Shown: positions 50,501-60,801, counted from the stretch's first letter. The stretch is 64,000 nt of DNA from Anolis carolinensis (GCF_035594765.1 NC_085845.1:48540024-48604023), one strand, 5' to 3'. Translations and numbers: made by a program. Notes: generated by a model from the sequence alone, not told the origin.

Positions 50501-51040
50501 TACATCCCAATACTCGGAGTACTTCTTTGGCAAGGTGATGATGGGCTCGGTGTCTGTGGCATGGCAGACCTTGGCTACGAGGCAATGGTTTTGGCAATAC
50601 GGTGAAGCAAACTGCAGTTCTCTGTTGGACCAGGAGATGTTAGGGTCGTGGAGAGTCAGCCATGGGATTCCCAAAATCACAGGGAAATGGGGAACCTCGG
50701 TAACAAAGAAGGAAATCTCTTCCATATGTTCCCTTATCCACATCCTGGTGGGTTCCGACCACTGACTTACGGGGCCCGTCTTGAGGGGGCGGCCGTCTAT
50801 GGCTTGCACCACACGGGCATTCTTGAAATCATGATATTGTAATCCCAGAGAGTCGGCATACTCTCTATCAATGAAATTGTTGGTAGCTCCAGAGTCTATC
50901 ATGGCGTGGATCATGACGGGTCCCCTTTTTGCTGACCATAATGTGACCACGAGAAGGAACAGGACCCCGGTTGGCGGCTCTTGGATAGATTTTTTGACCG
51001 GGTTGGCGAGCCTCTCTACACCCGGTCGTTGGCTTCCCCC
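47276..51040 (-). CDS. pol: Pol (protease, RT, RNase H, integrase, chromodomain) in the -1 frame relative to gag; the true start is probably the frameshift site near 51040, not the annotated codon at 50950
   Basis: Motifs: IDSGAT (protease), YLDD (RT), DASD..E..D (RNase H), HHCC plus D-D-E and GPY (integrase), FEVEDILDSR...YLIDWVGFGPEERSWE (chromodomain). The frame is open from just after a TGA near 51061 to the stop at 47276. Confidence 0.95.
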   Translation of the reverse strand, partial: GGSQRPGVERLANPVKKSIQEPPTGVLFLLVVTLWSAKRGPVMIHAMIDSGATNNFIDREYADSLGLQYHDFKNARVVQAIDGRPLKTGPVSQWSEPTRMWIREHMEEISFFVTEVPHFPVILGIPWLTLHDPNISWSNRELQFASPYCQNHCLVAKVCHATDTEPIITLPKKYSEYWDVFNEKEAEKLPPHRPYDCAIDLVEGAPIPRGHLYSLTEPEQEALREFIETNLRKGFIRPSQSPAASPVMFVKKKSGELRLVVDYRALNNITKRNSYPLPLISDLLDRLRGAKVYTKLDLRGAYNLVRIREGDEWKTAFQTKFGLFESRVMNFGLCGAPATFQHFVNDIFQDYLDRFLIIYLDDFLVFSRSQSEHENHVKMVLQRLRDHGLYAKLEKCAFDLQEVDFLGYRISPLGLSMDPAKVSAVLEWRAPTNKKEVQRFLGFANYYRKFIPDFARWSDPITSCIRGKQPFRWTDQAEKGFQQLKKLFTSQPILQHPNPGTPFVVQADASDVAIGAVLLQPVGDHLHPCAFYSRQLTTPERNYTIWEKELLAIKAAFETWRHWLEGAKFPIEVHTDHRNLEHLRTARKLNQRQQRWALFFERFNFQIHYVTPAQTKQADALSRKPEYAAGRKETFESQLLQPENFATLTVGNTKSISIGSTSSTPGPICAQEIRASQQADAWAQDQLRQGLHFPFSLKDGLLCYRNHVYIPPGPGREKALRLCHDCKPAGHFGLFKTMHLILRDFWWPKIRKDVEKYVNTCPVCQRSKIRREKPSGLLHPLPTPSRPWEIISADFITDLPPSCGFTTILVVVDLFTKLAHFIPCEGLPTAKETADLFLQHVFRLHGLPKSLVTDRGSQFTSRFWKALQKLLGIDSRLSSAHHPQTDGQTERTNATLEQYLRCYVNYQQDNWASLLPLSEFAYNNGVQASTKETPFFANYGFHPRFFPPVIETSEVPAAEDWLQELTAVQQLLLQQLDQAKEDYKRHADKHRQPGPEIKVGERVFLSTRFLPSHRPCRKLDARFIGPYPVVAQLNPVTFKLQLPRSMRIHPVFHRSLLLPADGVRPDTDQPAPPPVLMNGEEEFEVEDILDSRFHRRRLQYLIDWVGFGPEERSWEDASTVHAPDLTRRFHQTYPAKPRPRASGRGPQFGRGLEEGDSVMTHGPCSPAQDIVIPDEEENLGFLPSQSELDSPQPDLSQADLETLHLQESCLPEVCQTTPEPTSPVFLRREFCKQQRSLESASRRSARIAAKNVAN
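47571..47584 (-). promoter_or_regulatory. Polypurine tract
   Basis: GAGGAGGGGGATAG on the minus strand, immediately 5' of the 3' LTR TG. Confidence 0.9.
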
Positions 51041-52002
51041 GCCGGCTGTGTGCCAGTCGGCTCAGACGCCTTCGTCTCCGTGGAGGACGCCGCCGCAAGA
51101 CGGGCGGCAGGCTTCCCTTTGGCTGGGCACTCTCTGGCGAAGTGGCCCCCATTCCCGCAGTACCAACAGAGGTTAAAGCGTTGACGACGGGCCTTCTCGG
51201 CGGCATCCAGTCTGGGACGCACATTGCCCAACTGCATCGGCACCTCCTCGCCTCCTCTGGGGTATGGGGTTGGCGGTGGGGGTCTCCACACTGGACGTGG
51301 CTGAACGCTGGTGGGAGCGGGGGGTTTTGCCCCGGCTCTACTGCCCTGGCCTCGAACCCACTGTTTCCTGTTGGCAATCATGACTTCAGCCCGTAAACAT
51401 TGATCAATGAGTGCCTCGAGGGTCTGGGGAGGATCCACCTTGGAGATTTCTTCCAGCATTTCAATGTTGAGACCCTCCCGGAATTGTCCTCTGAGGGCTA
51501 CATCGTTCCAGCCGGTGTTGTGGGCCAGCACTCGGAACTCGGCTATATACTGAGACATTGGTCTGTCTCCTTGGAATAGGCGACGGAGTTTGTGACCGGC
51601 TGCCTCCAAATTGTCCTCGATTCCCCAAGTCTCCTTGAGGTGGTCCAAGAAGTGTTGCGCTGATCTTAGGTGTGGAGAGGCTTGGTCGAACAGTGCCGTC
51701 GCCCAATTGGCCGCTGGCCCGTCTAGAAGACTGTAAACCCACGCCACTTTGATGTCTTCTTGGGGAAACTCGGCATCACGGGCCTCTAGATAAGCTTGAC
51801 ATTGGCGACGGAAAACATGAACCTTAGAAGCTTCTCCAGTAAACTTGGTAGGCAACGCCATGGCCGGGAGGCGGATTCCGCGCTCCCGCAAGCCCTTTAT
51901 TTCTCCATCCTGGGCGTTGAGTCTGTCGCGGATGCGATCCACCTCATCCTTGTCGATGGTGTAGGTAAGCGGCTGCCCACCCGGCACGGTTCCGGTAGAC
52001 AT
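51016..52002 (-). CDS. gag: Gag (capsid plus CCHC nucleocapsid) of the chromovirus, 328 aa
   Basis: PTKFTG...F..QC..YL capsid start typical of sushi/PEG10 Gag, an MHR-like LFQGDRPMSQYIAEFR segment, and the zinc knuckle CWYCGNGGHFAREC. The ATG is 44 nt downstream of the 5' LTR. Confidence 0.95.
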   Translation of the reverse strand: MSTGTVPGGQPLTYTIDKDEVDRIRDRLNAQDGEIKGLRERGIRLPAMALPTKFTGEASKVHVFRRQCQAYLEARDAEFPQEDIKVAWVYSLLDGPAANWATALFDQASPHLRSAQHFLDHLKETWGIEDNLEAAGHKLRRLFQGDRPMSQYIAEFRVLAHNTGWNDVALRGQFREGLNIEMLEEISKVDPPQTLEALIDQCLRAEVMIANRKQWVRGQGSRAGAKPPAPTSVQPRPVWRPPPPTPYPRGGEEVPMQLGNVRPRLDAAEKARRQRFNLCWYCGNGGHFARECPAKGKPAARLAAASSTETKASEPTGTQPAGEANDRV

Positions 52003-52033
52003 TCTGGCCTTGGTTAATTGGTGCTTATGGGTG

Positions 52034-52043
52034 GCGGAGTCAA
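52034..52043 (-). promoter_or_regulatory. Primer-binding site of the self-priming type (TTGACTCCGC)
   Basis: Starts 2 nt after the 5' LTR, has no TGG to pair with a tRNA CCA end, and is perfectly complementary to GCGGAGTCAA at 52587-52578 inside the LTR. Confidence 0.85.
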
Positions 52044-52045
52044 AC

Positions 52046-53016
52046 TGTCACGACCCAGGTTGCAAAGGCACCAATAACCAAACACAGAGGCCAGAATCTA
52101 ACTAATATCTTTATTGAAGGAATATATAAAGTTAATAAAAGCAAGTATATGAAATAGTCCAAAAGCAGACCTTTCAGGAAAGGTCTAAATTAGTCCAAAA
52201 AAGCGATGTCCAATATGAAATATTAAGGTCCAAAGTTGTAATCCAATAACCGAAACACTCACTTTGCCAGGCAAAGTGAGGGGAGATGACAAGTCCTTTA
52301 GTCCATAAACTTGAGCAAGGCTAGGAAATAACTTGATACTTGAACAAGGCTTAAAACGTGGAACAAGGTAACTAGGAACAAGAACAAGGTCCGTGGAATA
52401 ACTTGGTAAAATCCGTGATACAAGGCAAGGATTGGTCCTGGGCAACAAGGCGAAGTCCGTTGGTAAACAAGGCTGGGAAGCAAGGCGAAGGCTGGAAAGC
52501 AGGGCAAGGCTTGAGCAGGAGCGAGGCTTGAATCGGAGCGCGCTGTCCAGACACAACTCGCTCCGTAGGCTGACGAATTGACTCCGCGAAGTTACTACGC
52601 GGGTAAAACACCTAAATAGAGTCTAACCTTCCCGCCGAAGCAGTTCTCTGGGAATCAGAACCGAAAGCTAAACTCCGAGACCAGATGTGAGACTCCCCAA
52701 AGATTCTCACGAGAAGCAGTCTTAATTGGCCACATTCTTAGCTGCAATCCTCGCACTCCTGCGCGAAGCTGATTCCAAACTTCTCTGTTGTTTACAAAAC
52801 TCCCGGCGCAAGAACACGGGAGAAGTAGGCTCTGGGGTTGTTTGACATACTTCTGGGAGACAACTTTCTTGCAGGTGCAAGGTTTCCAGATCTGCCTGGG
52901 AAAGATCTGGCTGAGGGGAATCCAGTTCTGACTGGGAAGGTAAAAAACCCAAGTTTTCCTCCTCATCAGGAATTACAATGTCCTGAGCAGGACTACAAGG
53001 CCCATGGGTCATCACA
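52046..53016 (-). repeat. 5' LTR (971 bp)
   Basis: Direct repeat of 46600-47570 at offset 5446. One mismatch seen by eye (C52628 vs T47182). The fully LTR-internal ORFs in the track are identical between the two copies. Confidence 0.97.
52578..52618 (-). promoter_or_regulatory. LTR core promoter: TATA-like TATTTA and predicted +1 / self-primer
   Basis: TATTTA at 52618-52613. The PBS-complementary 10-mer starts at 52587, 31 nt downstream, which is canonical TATA-to-TSS spacing. Confidence 0.75.
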
Positions 53017-54242
53017 TCTTCCTATCTACACCTTACTTCCGATAAACTCTTTCACAACCCAATCTAGTGTCTACTAATTTTGTTTATCTCTTAAATGTTC
53101 TATGAAAATGGATTGGCCTTCTGATCCCCTCCCAAGCACATATATTTCTTTAACTAGATTTAACTAGGAACATCTACTCTTGTGATTACTGAAGAAACTC
53201 AGTTTTTCACCCATGTAAAGTTTACTGTTCTAACAATACTCTAGGGCTTAAAGCCAGATCTCCCACTGCCGGAGAACCCATAATGACCCAACTACTACTT
53301 TGACATGTGAAAAAGATTATACACAATGTAAATTATAACTGCTGCAGTTATCAATTGCCATCAAGTAGCCTTTGACCTCAAGTAGCCTATGAATGACTTC
53401 CAAGGCACTGTTATCAAAAGCTCTGCTCAGGTTTTGCAAATTCAGGATGTTCACATCATTGTTTATATTCACCTGTTACATGGTCCCATTCTCCCGTTCT
53501 TTTCCTACTGTCTTCGGTTTACTAAGTACTACTATCTATATTTACAGATAATTTTTTTAAGCCAACAAAAATTCTGACTTAATCACAATTTTCCATTTGT
53601 GGAAAAAGCTATAAGTTAATAAATATACATGGATGCTATCATGGGGTTTGTGCCTCTGCCTAGACCAACAAAAGGACAGTTAAATAACATGTCTCCTGTG
53701 TCCCGGTGTGAGCTAAAAGAAGACAGCAAGGCAAGAGTTAATTTGAACTAAAGAGGAAAGGAGGAGTGTTGTCTGGGGAGGAAGGCTAACGGAGAGTTAA
53801 TCAGGGATCACATCCAAAGCCAGGCATGGATAAGCCTCACTAATGAGGCTCAAGTACCCTGCCGTGGCTTTCAAACCTAACTGGCTTCAAACGATGCCAC
53901 CCCATGACAGAATGCAGCTAGCCATATGAAGAGTGTGATTAGAATAAATGACTACAGTAATTAACTTTGATTTGAAGCCACCTGACTGGAAAGAGAAGCT
54001 AGGAGCTGTTTAGCTGAACTCTTCCCTCCTCGAAAAGGGAAGCTTCTCTTTACTCTAGTGTTTGTATGTGTGAGGAGAGCTTTTTCTTTCAAAGACGGAT
54101 TGGGTAGAACTAATGAAAAGCAGCTTTCATTGAATAGCCTCCCCATTCATTCTGAAAGGAGGGAAGAAGAAAAGCTTCAAAGGGCGACTAATTTACTTCA
54201 TCCCAATCACCTTTGGAGAGTTTAGAGTTTGCATTGCCACTT

Positions 54243-54288
<46 letters not shown>
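54243..54288 (+). repeat. (CT)n(CA)n microsatellite
   Basis: Direct reading. Confidence 0.95.
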
Positions 54289-57275
54289 TACATTATTTTA
54301 ATAAAGTATCATATTTACATGTTTAATGGACATCAATTTTATTTTTTAAGAAAGCAAACAACTTCTAGTTAAATACAATTTTCAGGTTATTTTCCTTAAT
54401 GTCCAGCTTTCTTTCTAACCCAGCATCTATTACATTTAGTGAGATCCTCTATTGTGAAAAAAGATAACATTAAAAAGTAAGTTCACTGTTGCCCTGCATG
54501 GTGAAGGTGCAGAAACTGTGACTTAATCTAATCCCTTACTACCAACTATAATTAGCAATCACAGTACTAGTGTTGTCGTATACCTGCTGACTAAATGTTT
54601 ACCAGATAGTTTTGCCAAGTAGTATCTATGGTATACCAGTCAGAGCAATTTACCAAACATTTATGCAAAGACTCTGATTTATTTGACAGCTTTACACCTT
54701 CAAGGCGCACTATAATTAAATGTTTTGACAGCTAAACAAAAATTGTATAAATTTCAAATTTGTTTAAATGGATAGTGTATCTAAAATGAAAATTGCATGT
54801 GGAGTACCCTGTTTCAAAAATATCCCTTTAGCAGCATTATAAATAGATTACTGCTGTTTTCTCATCCACATATGAAAGATTTTGCTGTGATTTTCAGTTC
54901 TGACATTGTTCCTTTTGTACTCAAATGAAATGGCTCTTGTGACCCTTTCCAATTCTGAGACAAAACGGTTTGGTATCATCTTACTTTTAAAGCCTTAAAA
55001 AGTATCAGAATGCAATCATGTTCAAATTAAAATAGTAATACGCCAAATATGAACTAGTTTACTTCAATGCTCTAAGGCTATTTCATGTGAGGGACTGTTT
55101 TTTTTCCTAACATGCCAGGGACTGGAAAGATATGCCCATTGACTACAATTGTTTACTTTTTTTCCTCTTAAAAGAACACACTGTCCAATGTTAATCCAGT
55201 TGCCACCATTATGAATAGCACTGGCTTACAGTATTCTCTTTCTGATGTCTCAGTCTCTATTGTGTGCATGTGTTGCTTTTTGTTATGGCCTTGGGCCCGT
55301 ACAATAAACTATTTTAATTGATTGCAAAAAAACAAAAAAAATAACAAATTAAATCTAGGTTTATAAATATGTGCTAGCAGTCCGTATAGTTTCCAGTCAG
55401 ATTCCATTTCTAGTCTCAAATAATTATAATATATATATTATATTGTATGTGAATGTACATGCGAACATTCACGTACAATATGTCATATAATTGGCTCACT
55501 TATGACCTTCTCAGACGGGGTTTATTTTGGCGGCATATGCCTGTTCTGCGATATTTAGCCATGGAGCCCTCTGGCTTCCATCCCATGACATAATACTACT
55601 TCTGGCAGGGCTTCATGGCTAAACTATCATGGAATCAGCATTTGTTGCCACAGCAGCAACACACCAGAAACAATGGAGGAGGGAGCCAGGCAATCGACAC
55701 TTCCGCTTGTGGGATAGGGGCTATTGGTGAGTCAGGTGATGCAGAGCATGGTGTGAAAGGTTCCCCATGCCCAACAGGCACCGTCAGATTCGCCACAATC
55801 CATGGTGATTCCGGCATCCTATATGATAAGGTCAGTAGATTTATACCATTCACATTGATGGGAAGCAGCCTTCTGAGACAGAGGTATCTCCCAACCTTAT
55901 CTGCAAAGCAACACTTTGTCACTAAACTATCTTCTTTTGCTCACAACTCATCTGGTCTAAATGAGAACAAAACTTCTTATGAAGAGTTGACTGGCATGAA
56001 GATTTAAAAAGGGACAACTTCTGTCTTAAGTGAACATCTAAAGACAGCCATAGACCGGACATATGCAATATAACGGTGGGGAAAACCAAAGCTGTGTAAG
56101 AAAAAGACAAAATTAAAACTAACTCATTAAATCATGTTGGTGAACGCTGAGACTTGTCCCTTTATGGGCAATTTTTCTTTGACCTCTGGTCATTAAGATA
56201 TTATGTCTTAAAACAGAATGTTTAATGAATCTATAATTATATAACCATTATTTAAACACTGAAGTCTTTAAGCAAATACACCAAAACATTACTATTTAGC
56301 TCTGTAACACAGATGAAGTGCCTTACTACTTTGAGGGAAATTGTAATCCAACTAAAGGTAACAATGACCAGTTGTTTATAAAACTATTGAAATGTTTGGG
56401 AGCAAGTTCACATTCTCCTGCTATGTTTATGTTTCCATTTATCATCCATCTCCTTAAGAAGAAAGCTGAAAAGGAAGAGCAGCACAAGAAGAATTCTTGT
56501 TTAAACTACACAGAAAGACGTCAGGTTGCTTAACAAATTGAACCAATGTCACAATGCCATGTATACATCTAAAAACATTATGGCATTACTTCGTTTTCTT
56601 TGACCCTTCTCTTGCCTTTCACTCTTTTCTGCGCTTCTAAACAGTACACTTTATCCATTAATTTATCATTATTTTCCAAGTCCTTTATTTTTAACTGACA
56701 TCCAGCTCAAAACTACACTGAAGTACTACCTAACTTCCATCCAAAAGTTAAAATACGCAACATATAATTTGTATTTAGTAGCTATCAATCAAACATCATA
56801 TCTGACCTTTGTGAGTCTATTAATTAAAGATCTACGTTTGTGAAAGGTAGCATATATAGAGTGAGAAATGACACTTTTTCTCCATACATGGAGAATTACT
56901 GAAAAAAGAAAAGTATGTTGAATAAATGAGGGTTAGTTAGAAGCAATTACAAATATATTCCAAATAAAAATAATTCTTATTTCTAACCAGAAGGCATTAT
57001 AATGTATTTGATAGGAAAATCAGAAAAATAACGCAAAGAGTGACTGCTTTAACAAGTTAAATGGTATCTACAAGTTCTTTTCAAAGGTCTACTTTATCTA
57101 AATACGCAGTTCAGTTAACTTACACTTCATAGCAACAACAAAAACGGTAATGGCATCTTGAAAACTACCAAATGTAATATCTCAAAATTTAATGGACTAT
57201 AGTCTATTCATCAAAGGGATGGAGGGAACTATAATGGGCTCATGGCTGTTCCCAGCCATTGGAAATACATAACTA

Positions 57276-57485
57276 AAGCACTCTTGAGAGATGTTCATCC
57301 AACCGCTGTTTAAAGACCTTCAAAGAAGTAAAGTCCACCACCTTCCAAGGCATTCCACTCCACATCCAAAGAGCTATTATGGTCAATAAGTTATTCCTAA
57401 TGTTTAGGCAGAATCACTTTTCCAGTAATTTGAGTCCAATGGTCTATGTTCTGGTTCCTGAAGCAGAAGAAAACACCTTGCTTGT
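57276..57485 (-). mobile_element. Old CR1 3' fragment
   Basis: Diverged reverse complement of ~11000-11205 (tgtttaaagaccttcaaagaag...ttcctaatgtttagg). Confidence 0.65.
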
Positions 57486-60158
57486 ACTTCATTAGACTTA
57501 CCAAATATGTATTAGTTCCCACTTTCTAAACATGCCTGGCCCCATAATAGTTTTCTAAATGCATAAACAGGATATTCCAGGACTTGTAAAAGTTACTTTT
57601 TTTAGAATAGACCTGGACTGGGTTGGGGGGGGGGGGATTTTAGCATGTTCCAAGATATTCTGTATGTAGCCATTAATTTATAAATACATATAACATACTC
57701 ATTTTAAAAAATCTAGCTTAGGCCCTGGTATGCTTAAACTGTCTTTTCTCAATTATTAATGCAAATACTAAATTATCAAATGAAAAATTCAAGTCAAACT
57801 TGAGACCAGAAGAAATTTTGCATGTCTTAGTTGGTAAATATTATAATCTAAGTATCAGTTAGTCTCTTAAAATTAGTAATTGGTTGTCTTTTTCTCTCAG
57901 AGTGAACACATTTATGTCAAGCTATTACGAGGTAGCGTGTACGTGTATTAAACTAAAATCATGGAAATTGTTAGACCGATCCATGAAAACTTCCTTGATA
58001 TGGAAGTATATTGCAAAGGGAATCTGAACTTGTACTGGGGAAGGCAATCCAAGGAAAAGAGTGCAATCAGTTTAAATAAATATATTTTACATTCATTGGG
58101 CTGCGTTTCAACTACATTCCCACAACCCTACTCCAAAATAATTTTTCTGAATCTAAACCATTTGGACATCACTTAGCTTGCTACTGTTAATACTTGCATG
58201 CTTGCTACTGTTAATACATATTTAATGCAAATTATTCTATGGCAGAAGTAAATGCAAACTTCACTTTTGCCAGGAATGTAAAGCTATTTTCTGAATCATC
58301 AATGTTAACATTTTGAGGTTGAGATATGTACTTTGGAGTTTTTTTATGAATGTTTGTTTTATTAATAACATTTATAAAATGTTAAAAAGGAGCATTACTA
58401 GTTTTAGTACAAATATTTTAAAATGTTTGGCATAAAACTTATGTCCAAATAACGTCTACTAATATCATCAACTAACAACCCAGCTGCATTTGCTCATGTA
58501 ATGTTTCACACATGGAAACCAAGATGCAAGATTACCTCATTTATGGCAACACTCATAAACTACACAGTACACAGTAAACATGTCTACCCAGCAAATTAAA
58601 ATATCCCTGGGTTATGTAGCAGTTGAAGCTGTCCAGAACCTGTTTATAATCCAATAGAAACAGATATTTGTCTTTAATTTTAGAAAAGGACAAAATCAAA
58701 TTCCTTTAGTGCGTTGCAAACTGCTTGTCCTGGATTTTCTGCTTTACAACAAAAGACAGGCACCCACTGCTTTTCAAAGGGGTACATTATAAACAGTCTT
58801 AAAGTAACTGAATTACAACTTTAACCAAGAGTCCATTTATAATTAGCTAGGAAAGGAAACAGTTTTAAATCATTCTCCTGTGCCAATTTAAATCTGTTAG
58901 AAAAATTTCACCTGTCCCAGACATCTAAATTCCAGCATTCTTAGAAGATGAACCAAAACATATATATTAGTCTGATTTGCCTCCAGTCATCCTGCATGAC
59001 AACATAATTTATCAGTAAATTTAATGCAAATATTTTGATCTTAAAGACAATTATAAAGAAAAAGCAATCATAATAGAATTTTATTAGGAAAGAGAGGAAT
59101 ATGTTGGTAAATGTGCAGGTTTTTCTTACCCTAGTATCAATTTGGAGTAGATTAGCAGTTTTGCCTCTGATTAGGAGATAGCAATAAATAGTTTAGATCA
59201 AAAATATTTTGCAAGCCTTGCTGACAAGATTCCTCTAAAGAAGCCCCTCTTTCCAAAAAAGGAGAGATTATGTGCAGTGCAGAACTAAGAAACCATTTTG
59301 GACTATGACTCTCCAAAGTCCTAGTGGCAGCTGGTGGCTCCCATGTCAATAGGCCTGTGAATCTCCGCCAAGTTTTGTATAGCTTTAAAGGACCTCTTCA
59401 AAGTGCTGAACCTTTTTGGGGATAGAGGTTAGCACTTTGGATAGCTCCTTTAGGTTTAAAGCCTTGGAGGGATTTGCAGATCCGAGAGAAATCTTTCCTC
59501 CTTCAAAGCACCATTGCAACAAAATCAACTGGGACACAAAAGCTGAAGAAAATAAAACCTTCATTAGTTACAGTTCCATGTAAGATTGGAGAAATCAAGG
59601 CATCTCAAAACAAACTGGATGGCGGTTCCCGCCTTTCCTAGGAGCCTGCCCGAAGGTGTTTGGGCTTTTGTGAAAAAGATGGACCCCAGTGGCATGCCAA
59701 CATTTCATTACCCAATCTGCAATGCCCCCGAGCCATAAACATGGCTCCCAGTGAGCTTCCCATTTCCACTCATAAAATCCAGAAGTTGCTGGATATAAAA
59801 CCACCTATAATGATAGCGTCAGGTTGTGATCTCTGCAATTTTAGAAGGCTGCTAGTGCTACTTGTACTTGAGCTTCCTGGGCAACTTCAGCTGGACTAAA
59901 AAAAGGGATGGCTACCAAAGAGCTGGATATCCAGCTGCTTTTATACATCTCACAAACATAGCTGTAACATTAATGATAATCTTACTGCCAAGACTTAGTC
60001 TTTCACAATATAAACATAACATTAAGGTCTCTGACACTAAGACTGGAACACAGATCTTTATTTTTCGAGGAGATAGTTTTCAGATATGTTCATTAAAAGG
60101 TATAAATTGGAATAATTTATTCAACAAATATAAAATGGCCTCTAGATGATCATTTATT

Positions 60159-60801
60159 TTTTATTTTGTTTTTGCTTGTTTGTTTTGTTTTCAATTTACA
60201 TATTGATAAAAAACAGTGAAACCAATCTATATACATGTATATATGCATGAATCAATACAATACTTCATAACATCTATACAATATTCATATTTAGATATGC
60301 TCTCTCCTCCTCTTGCCCTTCACAATTTAGTGACTTCCAGTGCCTTGGGTTGGAGACATTCATATATAATTTTGTTATTCCATCCTATTACATTGTTTTC
60401 CTATTCTTCCTTCTGGCCTGATATTTATTATTTATACATTCCCTACACAGACTCTAACAGGTTAGGTTATAAAGCCTTCTAAAACATCTTTGCCTTCTTT
60501 CCTTTTTTTCTTTACAAACTTTAAAAATGGTTCCCAGTCCTTGATAAAGATTTTTTGTATTTTTTCTTTGTTCATCATTGCTAATTTGCCCATTTTTGCT
60601 ATTTTAAAGACAAAAACCATTGCAAGAAATTTTTTCATCAAAGATACAATTGGTGCCCGAACTATTTTTATTGGGAATTTCAAATAATCAAACAAAAGCA
60701 TTAAACTACAAAGTACTGCACGCTTTGATCATAGCAGCAAGAACAGTATATGCACGGTTCTGGAAGAAGGCAGACCTCCCAACAATAGAAGAGTAGAAAA
60801 A
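60159..60801 (-). mobile_element. Short older L1 3' end with 5' inversion (60159-60611 minus; 60612-60801 plus)
   Basis: Plus segment translates LQEIFSSKIQLVPELFLLGISNNQTKALNYKVLHALIIAARTVYARFWKKADLPTIEE*KN. Minus segment continues VFKIAKMGKLAMMNKEKIQKIFIKDWEPFLKF, then a 3' UTR and an A-rich tail. Candidate TSD CATTTATT at 60151-60158 and 60802-60809. Confidence 0.8.

Larger units (their letters stand above)
46600..53016 (-). mobile_element. Full-length Ty3/Gypsy LTR retrotransposon, chromovirus (Tf1/sushi, PEG10-related) group, apparently intact
   Basis: Two 971-bp TG...CA LTRs, a 5-bp TSD TCTTC (46595-46599 and 53017-53021), uninterrupted gag and pol with domain order PR-RT-RH-IN-chromodomain, and a PPT abutting the 3' LTR. 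Confidence 0.98.

Noticed and set aside
51016-51018. Simple stop-codon readthrough as the route to Pol
   Set aside because: Pol is in the -1 frame, so readthrough alone does not reach the protease motif.
50868-52017. Alternative-frame and antisense ORFs over gag
   Set aside because: Expected shadows of a GC-rich coding region.
52025-52045. Conventional tRNA primer-binding site
   Set aside because: No TGG next to the LTR on the element strand; an intramolecular complement explains the site.
52316-52509. CRISPR-like array from the CAAGG repeats
   Set aside because: Repeats are 5 bp with irregular spacing inside a eukaryotic LTR, and there are no cas genes.
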